Positions 10,445 through 20,234 of a DNA stretch of 35,791 bases are shown here, one piece after another. The translations under genes were made by a program, and so were the position numbers. The notes beneath the pieces are model-generated. The model worked only from the letters and a program-made list of their open reading frames with translations, was not told the origin of the DNA and did not search any database. The stretch lies in IMG/VR virus record IMGVR_UViG_2534682162_000012; one strand, given 5' to 3'. This stretch comes from a virus (Duplodnaviria; Heunggongvirae; Uroviricota; Caudoviricetes). Position 1 is the stretch's first letter; every line of letters begins with the position of its first letter.

Positions 10445-10947
10445 CTGCGTCGTCGCTCCGGCTTCAGTGATTTACGTAATTCCCGCGCCAGAAAATAGCG
10501 TGTCCAGCTGCGGTTCTTTTCAAGAGTTTCCACCATAAAGTTATTACGTGGAGCCAGCCGCCAGCCGCTGCCACCGGATGCACCACGATGATGACTACGA
10601 CGACGTTTTGCTCCTCCCCGGACACCAAAAAACAGAAACGCCGGATAGAAGTCACCAGAGATCATCCGGTTCCCCTTCCCGTTGCGCTGGTTAGGGGCAA
10701 TGCGTGTCATAAAACCGGCTCGCTTTTTACTGGCTCTCGGCACCATGTAACCAATCGAACGAGCCAGGCGTCCGGTCTGATAACCGGGGTTTTCACCCGG
10801 TGCCGACCGCGCACGGCGCATCACCAGCCGACGGGCATCACGCATATGACGCTGCCCAATCGTGACAAACGCCCGCCGGACACGGGCGCGGTTAAAGCGC
10901 ATCTCGGCGGGCTGCTGAACATCAACGTGAAAAAAGGGAGTCGCCAT
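10441..10947 (-). CDS. Tail-component protein (HK97 gp10-like)
   Basis: 168-aa basic ORF in the head-tail joining block; synteny-based. Confidence 0.45.
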   Translation of the reverse strand: MATPFFHVDVQQPAEMRFNRARVRRAFVTIGQRHMRDARRLVMRRARSAPGENPGYQTGRLARSIGYMVPRASKKRAGFMTRIAPNQRNGKGNRMISGDFYPAFLFFGVRGGAKRRRSHHRGASGGSGWRLAPRNNFMVETLEKNRSWTRYFLARELRKSLKPERRRR

Positions 10948-11332
10948 TGCTGCCTCCGTGACTCTGCGTAAATTCGCCCAGTTCCGTACACTCCAGCAGC
11001 AGAAAGCGCCGCGCCCCGTTCAGATCGCGCTGACGTTTCACCCGGTACACACTGTCATCACAGACCACCTCATAATCAGCAGTGATCCCGCGGCGGTAGC
11101 GAATGGTGATGTAATGGGTGATGGCATCTCCGGTCTGCGCGGTTTCCTGCCAGGTGGTGGCACTGGTCTGGATAACCTTCGCCCATGCCCGGAACGCAAC
11201 CGGGTATTGAGGCTCCACGCCAAAGTTATCCGCGGGCATATCCACCCGCTGGCGGATCAGGACGCGTTTATTCAGTTCGCCGGGGTCCGGCAGTATGTAG
11301 GTTGCGCTGGTCTGCGCCTGACGAATTTTCAT
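10922..11332 (-). CDS. Head closure / head-tail adaptor protein
   Basis: 136-aa ORF following the gp6-like connector gene; synteny-based. Confidence 0.45.
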   Translation of the reverse strand: MKIRQAQTSATYILPDPGELNKRVLIRQRVDMPADNFGVEPQYPVAFRAWAKVIQTSATTWQETAQTGDAITHYITIRYRRGITADYEVVCDDSVYRVKRQRDLNGARRFLLLECTELGEFTQSHGGSNGDSLFSR

Positions 11333-11652
11333 AGTGGTATAAGGCGATAAGGAGCAACCAACCAGTTAAAACTCATTGGCAACTCCATTTTCTCAACGTC
11401 TGTAACCGTTGAGCGGTTTTCGTAGAAATGGCTGACAAGTAGCAGAAGTGCCAGCTTCACATCATCAGATATCACAAGCCCATCAGGATCATCCGCAGGC
11501 CTGTCATCTGCGGTTGCATACAACTTACGGTTAAGGAAGTTTTCCGTACGACTCTGAGCGGCCTTACCAAGCAGTTCAAGCAACTCATCTTCATCAGAGA
11601 AATCATCATCCAGACGGAGCTGAAGCTTAATCTCTTCCATTTTTAACAGCAT
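11329..11652 (-). CDS. Head-tail connector protein (gp6-like)
   Basis: Start moved to the ATG at 11652 (MLLKMEE...), which has an AGGAGG RBS 5 nt upstream; the longer ORF to 11697 lacks an RBS. Acidic small protein downstream of the capsid gene. Confidence 0.55.
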   Translation of the reverse strand: MLLKMEEIKLQLRLDDDFSDEDELLELLGKAAQSRTENFLNRKLYATADDRPADDPDGLVISDDVKLALLLLVSHFYENRSTVTDVEKMELPMSFNWLVAPYRLIPL

Positions 11653-11684
11653 AAAACCTCCTGTGCCCGCCAGAACGCGGGCAC

Positions 11685-11704
11685 AAAAAAACCGCATTAC
11701 GCGG
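11685..11704 (-). terminator. Weak intrinsic terminator/attenuator downstream of major capsid gene
   Basis: Minus-strand CCGC-GTAAT-GCGG hairpin followed by T7 run, 24 nt after the capsid stop; an adjacent perfect 8-bp palindrome GTGCCCGC/GCGGGCAC lies at 11663..11684. Confidence 0.35.
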
Positions 11705-11730
11705 CGTGCTGTATTACGTAAAAAGACTAA

Positions 11731-12960
11731 TCAACCACCAACGCTACCTTTCCCCACCAGCGCTTTAATGGCAGAGGTGTCTTCCAGGATACAGTCAAAA
11801 CGATGGAAGGCCAGAAAACCGGTCTGATCATATTCCGCGTAACGCTCAACCAGACGTTTAAGAATCATGTATCGCACACGACGGATAATGAAGCGATCAA
11901 AGTCACCACAGAACATGAATTTTTTACCCGCCCCGATATCATCAATTTCCTGATCAATGACATACGGTACATTCAACACTGAAGCAGGTGCCACACCAAC
12001 AATATCCGGCAACCATAAAGGGCGTCCCTGACCGTCTTCCATCTCACTGATCAGTTTCAGCGTATTATCGTTAAACGCCAGGCGGAATTTCGGTCCGCGA
12101 CGATATGCAGGATCAATGCTGTGTTTCAGAGCCAGAATTTCCTGCCACTTCACCGTATTTGCCGCGGCAGTCTGTGTTGTGCCGGTCACAGATGCGACCA
12201 GCCCTTTGGGTTGTTTAGGCGTACCAGCACCAGTTCCCTGAATCAGATAACGGGCTTCACCACGACCAATACGTTCAGCAATGCGACGGGCAAGATAAGC
12301 TTCCATATCGATCGCACTGTCCTGCAGCAACTCATTAGACACACGAATTATTTTCGATGTCATTTTGAGCGCCCCAAGGCTTCCCATACCGAAATCGGTG
12401 TCTTCTTCACCGGCTTCTTCATTTTCGCCCAGCAGAACACCAACTTCGGAAGTACCATCAGCTGTTGCCCACTCCATAGTGCGACCGTCAGAAGTGGTAA
12501 GAATCTGCGCCACACTGGCGATGCCACCGTAGGATTTCATCTTCTCAACAACTTTCGCCAGGAATGTTTCTGGTACGGTATATCCGCCCTTTTCATCCTG
12601 AGCTACGCCCTGGGCACGAAGTTCACGCAACGCCTTTCGTTCTTCTGATGTCAGCTCACTGGCACCGTGACGCATCCACTTATCAAAAACCTGAGCTCGT
12701 TTCTCATCCTGTTGTGGATTGTTTTCCGGATCAAGATTCTGACGCTGCTCTTCCTCATTGCTTTCAATGTACGCCTGATCCTGACGACGCAGTTCTTCTT
12801 CGCGTGCAATTCGTTCATCAAGCGCTTCCAGTTCGGATTTTGCTTTGTTCCACTCAGTGCGCTGCTCTTCCGTCCATGCGTTATCACCAATTTTTTCATT
12901 CAGGGCGCGCATGTCAGTTGCGATAGTATTACGTTTCTGTTTCAGTTCATGCAGTTTCAT
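11731..12960 (-). CDS. Major capsid protein (HK97 fold) with N-terminal coiled-coil delta domain
   Basis: 409-aa ORF; charged coiled-coil-like N-terminal ~100 aa followed by a capsid-like domain; follows protease and portal. Confidence 0.8.
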   Translation of the reverse strand: MKLHELKQKRNTIATDMRALNEKIGDNAWTEEQRTEWNKAKSELEALDERIAREEELRRQDQAYIESNEEEQRQNLDPENNPQQDEKRAQVFDKWMRHGASELTSEERKALRELRAQGVAQDEKGGYTVPETFLAKVVEKMKSYGGIASVAQILTTSDGRTMEWATADGTSEVGVLLGENEEAGEEDTDFGMGSLGALKMTSKIIRVSNELLQDSAIDMEAYLARRIAERIGRGEARYLIQGTGAGTPKQPKGLVASVTGTTQTAAANTVKWQEILALKHSIDPAYRRGPKFRLAFNDNTLKLISEMEDGQGRPLWLPDIVGVAPASVLNVPYVIDQEIDDIGAGKKFMFCGDFDRFIIRRVRYMILKRLVERYAEYDQTGFLAFHRFDCILEDTSAIKALVGKGSVGG

Positions 12961-12970
12961 GATGTTTCCT

Positions 12971-13573
12971 TTACGCGTTAAGAAGGGTCAGGACGCGTTC
13001 ACGCGCCATACGTTGATTAATGGCTTTCTGTAGCGCGCCGCTGTTGCGCGCCTCCTGCCATGCTTTCATGGAGCGAACAGCCGAGTCAGCCTCCTGATAG
13101 GCAGGATATGTCACAGGACTGACATCCAGCAGACGGGAAAAGCGGGTTATCTCGCGAATAACAACCCCGTCCTCATCCTGATACCACTCCTCGCCGTCAC
13201 GGGCGACACGGAAAGCAAAAGATGACTGGTTAATATCTCCACGTTGCATCGGGGCCAGCACCAGATCACGAATGGTCTGTGTCTCCGGAGCCTGGATGTC
13301 ATAGCGCAATCCGCGCTCATCAACTGAAAGATTCAGCGTGCCTGCTGCACTACGCCCAAGAATAAAATTAGGATCGTGGTTAAACAGTGCGCGTACATCA
13401 TCACCAAGCACATCGTCAAAAGCGCCGGGCCGGATGATTTCGCGGAATGAACCAAATATCAGCTCAGAACGACAGTCAAACACCGATCCATAACCGATAA
13501 TGTGCGCAGGGTTATCGTCATGCCGCTCAGCACGCACCTCACCGCTGTAACAACGGATTTCACGGTCATTCAT
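12971..13573 (-). CDS. Prohead protease (HK97 family)
   Basis: Sequence typical of HK97-type prohead proteases; start placed at the ATG at 13573 (MNDREIR...) with a GAGGG RBS, overlapping the portal stop by a few nt. Confidence 0.75.
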   Translation of the reverse strand: MNDREIRCYSGEVRAERHDDNPAHIIGYGSVFDCRSELIFGSFREIIRPGAFDDVLGDDVRALFNHDPNFILGRSAAGTLNLSVDERGLRYDIQAPETQTIRDLVLAPMQRGDINQSSFAFRVARDGEEWYQDEDGVVIREITRFSRLLDVSPVTYPAYQEADSAVRSMKAWQEARNSGALQKAINQRMARERVLTLLNA

Positions 13574-14792
13574 TGGTTTTTCCCTCATCATTTTTTGGGG
13601 GCTTAAAATCTCCTGCCGGGTTAGCAGCATTCACGCTTACCAGCATCTCATCCAGCCCTTCAACCGGATTCATATCCTCGAATGCGCGGGCCTCATTACG
13701 GCTCATCCATCCATCGGTAATAGCGAAGTGATAGAATTGCGCGCGCTCCTGCGGAGTTCCGCGTAAAAGCCCCGTCAGATTGAACCTGACGTAATACCCG
13801 GCGGCTAACTCAGCGCGGGTAAACAAGCGACGGTTAAGCTCCTGCTCCCAGTTCGTCACCCACGGCATCATCGTGTAGCGGACAAACTGAATCGCCTGCG
13901 CAGAAATATTGGAGAAGGTGGCTTTTTCGAGGTCATTAATCATGTGCGCAGGAATATTGAAAATACCGGCAATCATTGAACGGTTCAGTTTCATCATGTC
14001 AATGATCTGAGCGTCAACTGGCGACACAGTCAGTGCCTTGTAATCCAGATCGGCTGGCAGCAGCATGGTTTTGTTTTCCTGGCTGCGTAACGCCTGCGAT
14101 GCCTTCTGCCACTGATCTTTAAGCCAGCCCCAGCTGTCCTTATTGAGTCCGCTTTTAACGGATACTATCCCCGCCGGACGGGCATTACCGCTGAAGAAGC
14201 TTTCTGTGTATTTCTGACCGCTCATCCCCATGCCTATTGTTTCGGCATGTTGCATAATCGGACTCAGCCCCATCTTCTGATTATTACCCAGCGCACGGAT
14301 GTGGATCATATCGTCGGGGCTGATCGCAAACGCCCCATATTCGTTGTACAAACCGTAGGTGTATCGGCCACCAGTATTCATCAGCGTCGTTTCCCACGGC
14401 ATACAGCAATCCAGGGATATGACTTCACCGCGACGATTACGTTTCACCCAGGTATACCCATTCCCCCAGCCAAGGATGTGACGTTGCTTCAGTTCGCGCC
14501 ATTTGTAACTGGTTTGCCAGGTATTGGGCTCATCATGAACCAGATAAAACGCCGGATGATCGCGTGCGGGCTCAACCTTCCCATTGTGCCTGCGCATAAC
14601 ATGCAACGGCATCTGGGCAAGGCTGGAAGACAGGACATAGATACAGGAATACACCGCAGCCAGTTTCATCGCAGTTTCAGGACTGACATAAACGTCTGCC
14701 CGGAACAGCCCATCAGTATCAACGGCATCCCCGGTTATCGGGGTGGAAGGATTCTCCAGTGATTTACTTCTGAACAGAGCATCAAGCAGCAC
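13566..14792 (-). CDS. Portal protein (HK97 family)
   Basis: 408-aa ORF between terminase and protease; apparent GTG start at 14792. Confidence 0.8.
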   Translation of the reverse strand: MLLDALFRSKSLENPSTPITGDAVDTDGLFRADVYVSPETAMKLAAVYSCIYVLSSSLAQMPLHVMRRHNGKVEPARDHPAFYLVHDEPNTWQTSYKWRELKQRHILGWGNGYTWVKRNRRGEVISLDCCMPWETTLMNTGGRYTYGLYNEYGAFAISPDDMIHIRALGNNQKMGLSPIMQHAETIGMGMSGQKYTESFFSGNARPAGIVSVKSGLNKDSWGWLKDQWQKASQALRSQENKTMLLPADLDYKALTVSPVDAQIIDMMKLNRSMIAGIFNIPAHMINDLEKATFSNISAQAIQFVRYTMMPWVTNWEQELNRRLFTRAELAAGYYVRFNLTGLLRGTPQERAQFYHFAITDGWMSRNEARAFEDMNPVEGLDEMLVSVNAANPAGDFKPPKNDEGKTNE

Positions 14793-14943
14793 GCGTCCCC
14801 CTTCTGGCCATAGCCAGTGCGCCCACCAGCAGTAAACCGCCGGACAGCATCAGAGCCGGAGCCATACCAAACTGCAGGTAAAACCCGCACGTAAGCAGGC
14901 CAAAACCAGCCAGCCCGATAACATCAGCAATTAGTGATTTCAT
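14782..14943 (-). CDS. Small hydrophobic protein (52 aa), uncertain
   Basis: Hand translation gives [53 protein letters not shown]; its ATG overlaps the terminase stop (ATGA); no clear RBS. Confidence 0.3.
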   Translation of the reverse strand: MKSLIADVIGLAGFGLLTCGFYLQFGMAPALMLSGGLLLVGALAMARRGTRAA

Positions 14944-16673
14944 AGAATTAAGAGAGCATCGTCCGGATCAAGAGATGAGAGGAAATCGTCGGGTTCTTTG
15001 AGCATTGCCCGACCGATCGCCATAATCAGCGCAACCGCACCATCGATTTTGTTTTCCGCCTGCTCCTTGACAGGCTTCACCACATCATCGTTACCCGGAA
15101 TGGTTTTGCCGACCACGTTGCCGATACACCAGGTCATGATGGGATTGCCGTCATGATGAAAGCGCCCCGATTCAATCGCCGCTTCCAGCTCTTTCATCGG
15201 ATCGGACATGTTGGTGTAGTTCTGAATGATGGTGATGGGGTTCAGGTCTTCATCAGCAAGGTCATGCGACAGCCCGGTCGCCCCGAAGGGGTCGATGGGT
15301 GACTCGCTGACCGGGCTGATTTTGTTCGCCGCTTTGGCCTCCTCGAGGATGTAGCGATAATCCACCTCCGCACCAGCGGTAACGGTCAGAACGCCCATTT
15401 CCACCCATTTCTGAAAGCGTTCGGCTGTCCGGCGATCTTCATTTTTCTCGACGCTGTACACCGTGTCATACGGTACCCAGAAGCGCGGAGCCACACTGTA
15501 GTAATGCGTTTTACCGTCAATCTCGCGGGTATAAAGTCGCGCCATGCTGTTCATATCCAGCTTACGCGCCAGGTCAAAGGCCAGAATGCACGGCTGCCCC
15601 TCGAACTGCTCAAGGGTCAGTGATTTATCCTCGCAGCTCTGCCAGCTCACCAGGTTGAAATACGCCGAACGCGCCGACACCCAGATATTGAGGTGTTTTG
15701 TTTTAAAGACGTTTGCCAGACGGGCGTTATTTTTCGCACGCTGCTGCTGACTTAACAAAAATTCGCGATAAACCGACACGCCAATATTTGGATTGGCTTT
15801 TTCCAGCACCTGCGGGTCGGTCCAGTCGTCACCTTCATCAACGGTATAGATGATCCCGAACAGTTCATCGTTGGGTACCGAACCGTTGAGCATCTCGATA
15901 ACTTCCCGCCGCTTGTCGTAGCACGGCCCCTCAATGTTGTACCCGGCGGTGGTGATGGCCCACATCAGTGGCTGACGTCGCGCCCCCATCCCGGTAAGCA
16001 TCGTGGTATAAAGCGCATCGGTGGCGTGCTCGTGATATTCATCCACCACCGCACAGTGGGGTGATGAACCATCACCAGGGTTACCGATCAGCGGTTCAAA
16101 CCGCGCACCATCCTCCGGACGGTTCATGTTTGAGGCGTTAACCTCAATCCCGAACGCTTCCGTCAGCATGGGTGTGCGTTTACACATCAGTCGTGCCGGA
16201 CGAAAGACTTCCCATGCCTGTTTCTCCGTCGTGGCACCGGAATACACTTCCGCGCCGAACTCGTTATCACAGGCAAAACAATACAGGGCAACACCGGCAG
16301 AGATTGCCGATTTGCCGTTCTTACGGGGGATTTCGGTATACACCTCCCGGAAGCGGCGCAGCCGGGAGCCTTTATTGACCCAGCCAAACGCGCAGCAGAT
16401 CACAAAGAGCTGCCACGGCTCCAGCGTGATGGGCATCCGTTTGAATGCCCACTCACCCTTGGTGTGCGGCAACAGCTGAATAAATTTCGCGGCCCGTTCA
16501 GCCAGGTCCTTGTCGAAGCGGTAACGAAACGACTTACTTTTTTCCGCCATCAGGTCATCAAGATGGCGCTGGCAGGCCTGAATCACAAACTGGCAGGCCA
16601 CAATCTTTCCGCGCACGACATCACGGGCATACTGATTGGCTGCATTTACGTTGGGGTAAGATTTCCGGCTCAT
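14940..16673 (-). CDS. Terminase large subunit
   Basis: 577-aa ORF with ATPase N-domain and nuclease C-domain features; upstream of portal; start overlaps the small-subunit stop. Confidence 0.85.
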   Translation of the reverse strand: MSRKSYPNVNAANQYARDVVRGKIVACQFVIQACQRHLDDLMAEKSKSFRYRFDKDLAERAAKFIQLLPHTKGEWAFKRMPITLEPWQLFVICCAFGWVNKGSRLRRFREVYTEIPRKNGKSAISAGVALYCFACDNEFGAEVYSGATTEKQAWEVFRPARLMCKRTPMLTEAFGIEVNASNMNRPEDGARFEPLIGNPGDGSSPHCAVVDEYHEHATDALYTTMLTGMGARRQPLMWAITTAGYNIEGPCYDKRREVIEMLNGSVPNDELFGIIYTVDEGDDWTDPQVLEKANPNIGVSVYREFLLSQQQRAKNNARLANVFKTKHLNIWVSARSAYFNLVSWQSCEDKSLTLEQFEGQPCILAFDLARKLDMNSMARLYTREIDGKTHYYSVAPRFWVPYDTVYSVEKNEDRRTAERFQKWVEMGVLTVTAGAEVDYRYILEEAKAANKISPVSESPIDPFGATGLSHDLADEDLNPITIIQNYTNMSDPMKELEAAIESGRFHHDGNPIMTWCIGNVVGKTIPGNDDVVKPVKEQAENKIDGAVALIMAIGRAMLKEPDDFLSSLDPDDALLIL

Positions 16674-17173
16674 GATTCGATAATTTTCAGAAACGGGTTA
16701 GTGGCTTTCTTCTTCCCCGCCAGGCCAATCAGACGCTGGCGGCTGCTGGGGTCGAGTCCGAGCATTGCCCCCGTGCTGCTCATCTCGGACTCCTGTTCTT
16801 TCTTGGCGGTCAGCTCCGGATTTTTGACCATACCGCCCATTGCACCGGTGATGGTGTTGCCCTGGCTGGCAATATTTTTCACGGCACGTCGCCAGAACTC
16901 ATAGGCTACGCACCACCGCTCAAGCACCGCGAGGTCAGTCACGCACAGCAGGCCCTGACCGCAGAGTTCTTTGGTTGTCAGTTGCCACATGATCGTGGCG
17001 AGAGGGAGATTTTCTTCTGCGAACCACTCCGGTGGCTCAACGCCTTTGATGGGCGTAAAAACAGGTTCATCTTTGTTCAGGGCTCGCTTGCCGGGGTTTC
17101 CGGCTAGCGCCTTGCGCGCCGTTGGCTTGGGGCGACGCCCGGAACGCCCCGCCGTTCCAGCCATATGCGGCAC
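16670..17173 (-). CDS. Terminase small subunit (P27-like)
   Basis: 167-aa basic ORF immediately upstream of and overlapping the large subunit; AGGAG RBS. Confidence 0.6.
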   Translation of the reverse strand: MPHMAGTAGRSGRRPKPTARKALAGNPGKRALNKDEPVFTPIKGVEPPEWFAEENLPLATIMWQLTTKELCGQGLLCVTDLAVLERWCVAYEFWRRAVKNIASQGNTITGAMGGMVKNPELTAKKEQESEMSSTGAMLGLDPSSRQRLIGLAGKKKATNPFLKIIES

Positions 17174-17289
17174 TCCTGGTTAAATTTCATTTTTCGCGGG
17201 TATAAAAAAACGATGGGGCGGGCAGTCCGGAAGACGTCAGGTCACAGGGATTTGACCCGCCCCTCCCCACTGGCAGTTGAGAATTATTA

Positions 17290-17640
17290 TCACTTTAGCC
17301 GTTCACGGGCCGTCTTCGCCTTATGACACGGCCAGCACAGGCTCTGCAGATTGCAGTCTGCATCAGTGCCGCCATGCGCTTTAGGGATGATGTGGTCAAC
17401 GGTTTTCGCCTCACGCACCACACCGACACGCAGGCACAACTGACACAGGCCTTTGTCACGCTTGAGCACACGTTCACGGATAACATCCCATTTCGAACCA
17501 TAACCGCGCTGGTGTCGGGACTGGCCTGGCTTGTATTGCTTCCAGCCTTCGCTTTTGTGGCTTTCGCAGTAGCCTGACGGGTCAGTAGTGGTATGGCGGC
17601 AGCCGCGAACACGGCAGGCTTTTGGGGTTCGTTGTGGCAT
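17290..17640 (-). CDS. HNH endonuclease (packaging-associated)
   Basis: C-terminal CxxC...DHIIPKAHGG...N...CWPCH motif; start moved to the internal ATG at 17640 (MPQRTPKACRVRGC...); the N-terminal extension to 17829 is hydrophobic junk in AT-rich DNA. Confidence 0.8.
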   Translation of the reverse strand: MPQRTPKACRVRGCRHTTTDPSGYCESHKSEGWKQYKPGQSRHQRGYGSKWDVIRERVLKRDKGLCQLCLRVGVVREAKTVDHIIPKAHGGTDADCNLQSLCWPCHKAKTARERLK

Positions 17641-17761
17641 TAAAAAACTCGATTTGATGATGTGCATAGGATTCACAAAAAGCTTGCCCCAGCTACCGTT
17701 AAAAATCACAAACTTCCTATCATGCACCACGCCAATAACGGCAATAATTAGGAGCTGTAAA

Positions 17762-17971
17762 ATGAATAATGCAAATAACAAACTTTCAACCTTACCAACA
17801 CAAGAAGATCTGGAATATTTGATTTGCATTGCAGGAGGAGTGTTCGAGGATCTAAGGAATCCTTTTATTTACAAAAATCCAGAGAATATAAGGCGATTGT
17901 TAAACCGAAAAGGGGTTTCTGAAATAGTTCGCCTCTCTTACAGATTCAACAATACACCATCTTGTTACTAA
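17762..17971 (+). CDS. Hypothetical small protein (69 aa), accessory
   Basis: ATG with AGGAG RBS 8 nt upstream; AT-rich by eye; opposite strand to the flanking phage genes. Confidence 0.4.
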   Translation: MNNANNKLSTLPTQEDLEYLICIAGGVFEDLRNPFIYKNPENIRRLLNRKGVSEIVRLSYRFNNTPSCY

Positions 17972-18143
17972 CCAGTGGCAGGCACTTACTAAGTGCCTGC
18001 CTTAACCTGCTATTGCTACCTCTCGGCTACTTCAGCCTTTTCTTTTTACTATACGATTATCATTAACATTTTGATTTATTTTAGTTTATGTGCTTAAGCT
18101 TTGTGTGATAGCTATTACTTTTGTTTATAGAGAGGTATTTCCA

Positions 18144-18485
18144 GTGTCTGACGAAGTAGAATCATTACTCAATACAATGCTTAATTGTGACGCATTTTAT
18201 CATGAAGATGGTAAAGTTAGTGGAATCGCTAAGTTAGCTGTAACCAAAGGATTTGATAGTCTTTCTGCACCGCAAAAGAGGGTATTGCAACCTTTCCTTT
18301 CTCACCCATGTGGTGGTGTTAGAAATCCAGGCGGGCACCATAACGGTTGCTCTAAGGTTATCTCTGGCTATGAGCTAGAAGAAGCTTATAACTTACAAGG
18401 TTACTATGGAGATCTCTTATGTCAAAACTGCCGAGAAGAAAGCGACGGTTATGAAATAGAAAGAGAGAGATTCATGCAGGACTAA
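18144..18485 (+). CDS. Hypothetical Cys/His-rich small protein (113 aa), accessory
   Basis: GTG start with AGAGAGG RBS; contains HPCGG...HHNGC...CQNC, suggesting metal binding; AT-rich by eye. Confidence 0.45.
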   Translation: MSDEVESLLNTMLNCDAFYHEDGKVSGIAKLAVTKGFDSLSAPQKRVLQPFLSHPCGGVRNPGGHHNGCSKVISGYELEEAYNLQGYYGDLLCQNCREESDGYEIERERFMQD

Positions 18486-18661
18486 TCATTAACAGGCACC
18501 CAAAGTGCCTGTTTATAGCCGACTCTTCGAGCTGAAGGACGCCGTTCTCTTCTGATTCAGAATAAGCGACCAGTAGTAGTATACCCAGTAGCGTTTCTTT
18601 CCATCTTCAGCTTCAAATGCAGGGATTTAGTGAAAAGCACCTTTCTTATGATAAAAACTCG

Positions 18662-18919
18662 CTATTGTGAGAATCGTGATTGTTCAATCCGTCTGATGCT
18701 AGCCTTGTCAAGGTTACATTGACCCAACGCCGATAACAGACTAACGTTCAAATCTAGGCTGCCCTCAAAAGTCAGCGGCTCAGGAATAACTGGTTGCGAG
18801 GTTTCAGCGATCAGATTCGTCGGGAGTGGTACTGCCGGAACTTGTACGTAAACTGTCCGCGTACTTCCGCAACCGCTCAGCAGCGGCAGCAGGCACAAGG
18901 CGTGCAGCACAATCATCAT
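18662..18919 (-). CDS. Outer-membrane spanin Rz1-like lipoprotein
   Basis: Alternate frame overlapping the 3' part of the Rz-like gene; start at MMIVLHALCLLPLLSGCGS with lipobox LLSGC; Pro-rich mature region. Confidence 0.6.
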   Translation of the reverse strand: MMIVLHALCLLPLLSGCGSTRTVYVQVPAVPLPTNLIAETSQPVIPEPLTFEGSLDLNVSLLSALGQCNLDKASIRRIEQSRFSQ

Positions 18920-19196
18920 CCGCAACAGCCACTTTGATATCTTTCTGGGTTCTCTGTGACTCCAGTGCGATCTGCTGTTTTGCATGCTGGTTAACCTCTA
19001 TAACTGTATTGACGATTTGCAGTGATTGCAGGACGTTACGGGTAATGGCTGTTGCAGATTCAGCATTTTGTACAGCCTCATCAGCACGTTTCTTTTCGTG
19101 CTGATATTTGCTGTAGTAGTGGTTGGCAGACCAGATGAAAGAACCGATGACAGTAAAGAAGAATGCAGCGATAACCAGCTTATAGCTCAACTTCAT
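18804..19196 (-). CDS. Inner-membrane spanin Rz-like
   Basis: 130-aa ORF with N-terminal TM helix then coiled-coil periplasmic domain; directly downstream of endolysin. Confidence 0.7.
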   Translation of the reverse strand: MKLSYKLVIAAFFFTVIGSFIWSANHYYSKYQHEKKRADEAVQNAESATAITRNVLQSLQIVNTVIEVNQHAKQQIALESQRTQKDIKVAVADDDCAARLVPAAAAERLRKYADSLRTSSGSTTPDESDR

Positions 19197-19656
19197 TTAC
19201 CACCCCACCAGCCTCTTTAAACCGGGAAATCAGGTCACCGATTTTATGTTCATACTGACCGTAACCTGCACCAGGTAACGACGCCCAGATATTGCTGCAA
19301 CGATCGATAGCCTGACGAATATCGCCGCGATCAATCATCGGTAAAGCGCCACGCTCTTTAATCTGCTGTAATGCAACAGCATCCTGGCTTTTAGGAGAGA
19401 AGTCTGTCAGCCCTAACTGCTTGCGGTAAGCATCCCACCAGCGCGAAAGAAGTTGATAACGGCCTGCAGCTGTTGATTTGAGTTTCGGGTTTAGCGTGAC
19501 AAGCTTGCGAGGGTGATCGGAGTAATCAGTGAAGAGTTCTCCACCGACAATAACGTCATAACCGTGGTTACGTGTCGGTTGTCGCCCGTTATCCGTTCCC
19601 TCTGACCATGCCACCATATCCAGGAAAGCTTTACGCTGGGAATTTAGTACCTGCAT
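19180..19656 (-). CDS. Endolysin, lambda R-like lytic transglycosylase
   Basis: 158-aa protein closely matching my recollection of lambda R (NQRKAFLDM.AWSEGTDNGRQ...GRYQLLSRWWDAYRKQLGL). Confidence 0.85.
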   Translation of the reverse strand: MQVLNSQRKAFLDMVAWSEGTDNGRQPTRNHGYDVIVGGELFTDYSDHPRKLVTLNPKLKSTAAGRYQLLSRWWDAYRKQLGLTDFSPKSQDAVALQQIKERGALPMIDRGDIRQAIDRCSNIWASLPGAGYGQYEHKIGDLISRFKEAGGVVNEVEL

Positions 19657-19659
19657 AAA

Positions 19660-19986
19660 TTACTCCTTAGAGCCACCAAACTTATTACCGATTACTCTCA
19701 TTGCAGCCCCACGAATAGCATCGACCCCGATCAGCCCAACGCCGCCACCAATGGCAACAGAAAGAGATTTAGGCCATCCGACATACTCAAGAGCGGATGC
19801 AAAAGTCAGCGTCAGAGCACCACAGAGCAAAATCTCGAGCGTTTTTCGTTTCCAGCCACCACCACCGCCAAAATAGGCAATGCGCAAGCCAGCCATAACG
19901 ATCGACATAATCACTGCGCCCAGCGGTGTGTCTCCACGCCACCAGCTCTGGAACAACTCCAGCCAGGTATTTGGGTTATGAGGCAT
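19660..19986 (-). CDS. Holin (lambda S-like class I, three TM segments)
   Basis: 108-aa ORF with three hydrophobic segments and charged C-terminus, immediately upstream of the endolysin. Confidence 0.7.
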   Translation of the reverse strand: MPHNPNTWLELFQSWWRGDTPLGAVIMSIVMAGLRIAYFGGGGGWKRKTLEILLCGALTLTFASALEYVGWPKSLSVAIGGGVGLIGVDAIRGAAMRVIGNKFGGSKE

Positions 19987-20138
19987 TTGTAGTTATCTCT
20001 CACCTCGCTGATACAGCAGGTGCAAATTGAGGGAACATCATGTACAGCAAATTAGAAGCGGAAACGTCAAAGAAGCCGAACCAATGGATAACTGCGGAAT
20101 AGACCAGGACCAACGAATCCCCAGCCCCAGAAACGACA

Positions 20139-20160
20139 AAACCCGCTCGACGGCGGGTTT
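20139..20160 (-). terminator. Intrinsic terminator upstream of lysis genes (tR'-like)
   Basis: Perfect 8-bp stem AAACCCGC/GCGGGTTT with 6-nt loop, followed on the minus strand by TTTTGTCGTTT. Confidence 0.5.
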
Positions 20161-20205
20161 AAGCTGTGTGGCGAAGTAACCACTCTTAACACGATACAAT
20201 AATTT

Positions 20206-20234
20206 TTGCGTACGCGTTAGCGTTTTTGTAAGAT
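20206..20234 (+). promoter_or_regulatory. Candidate sigma70 promoter for the accessory cassette
   Basis: TTGCGT - 17 nt - TAAGAT located 38 nt upstream of the ATG at 20272. Confidence 0.3.

Noticed and set aside
17295-17612. Alternative-frame 105-aa ORF overlapping the HNH gene
   Set aside because: Same strand and different frame from a gene with a clear HNH motif; Ala/Arg-rich translation artefact.
17641-17829. N-terminal extension of the HNH ORF (MQIKYSRSSCVGKVESLLFALFILQLL...)
   Set aside because: Hydrophobic low-complexity translation of AT-rich intergenic DNA with no RBS; the internal ATG at 17640 gives a compact HNH protein.
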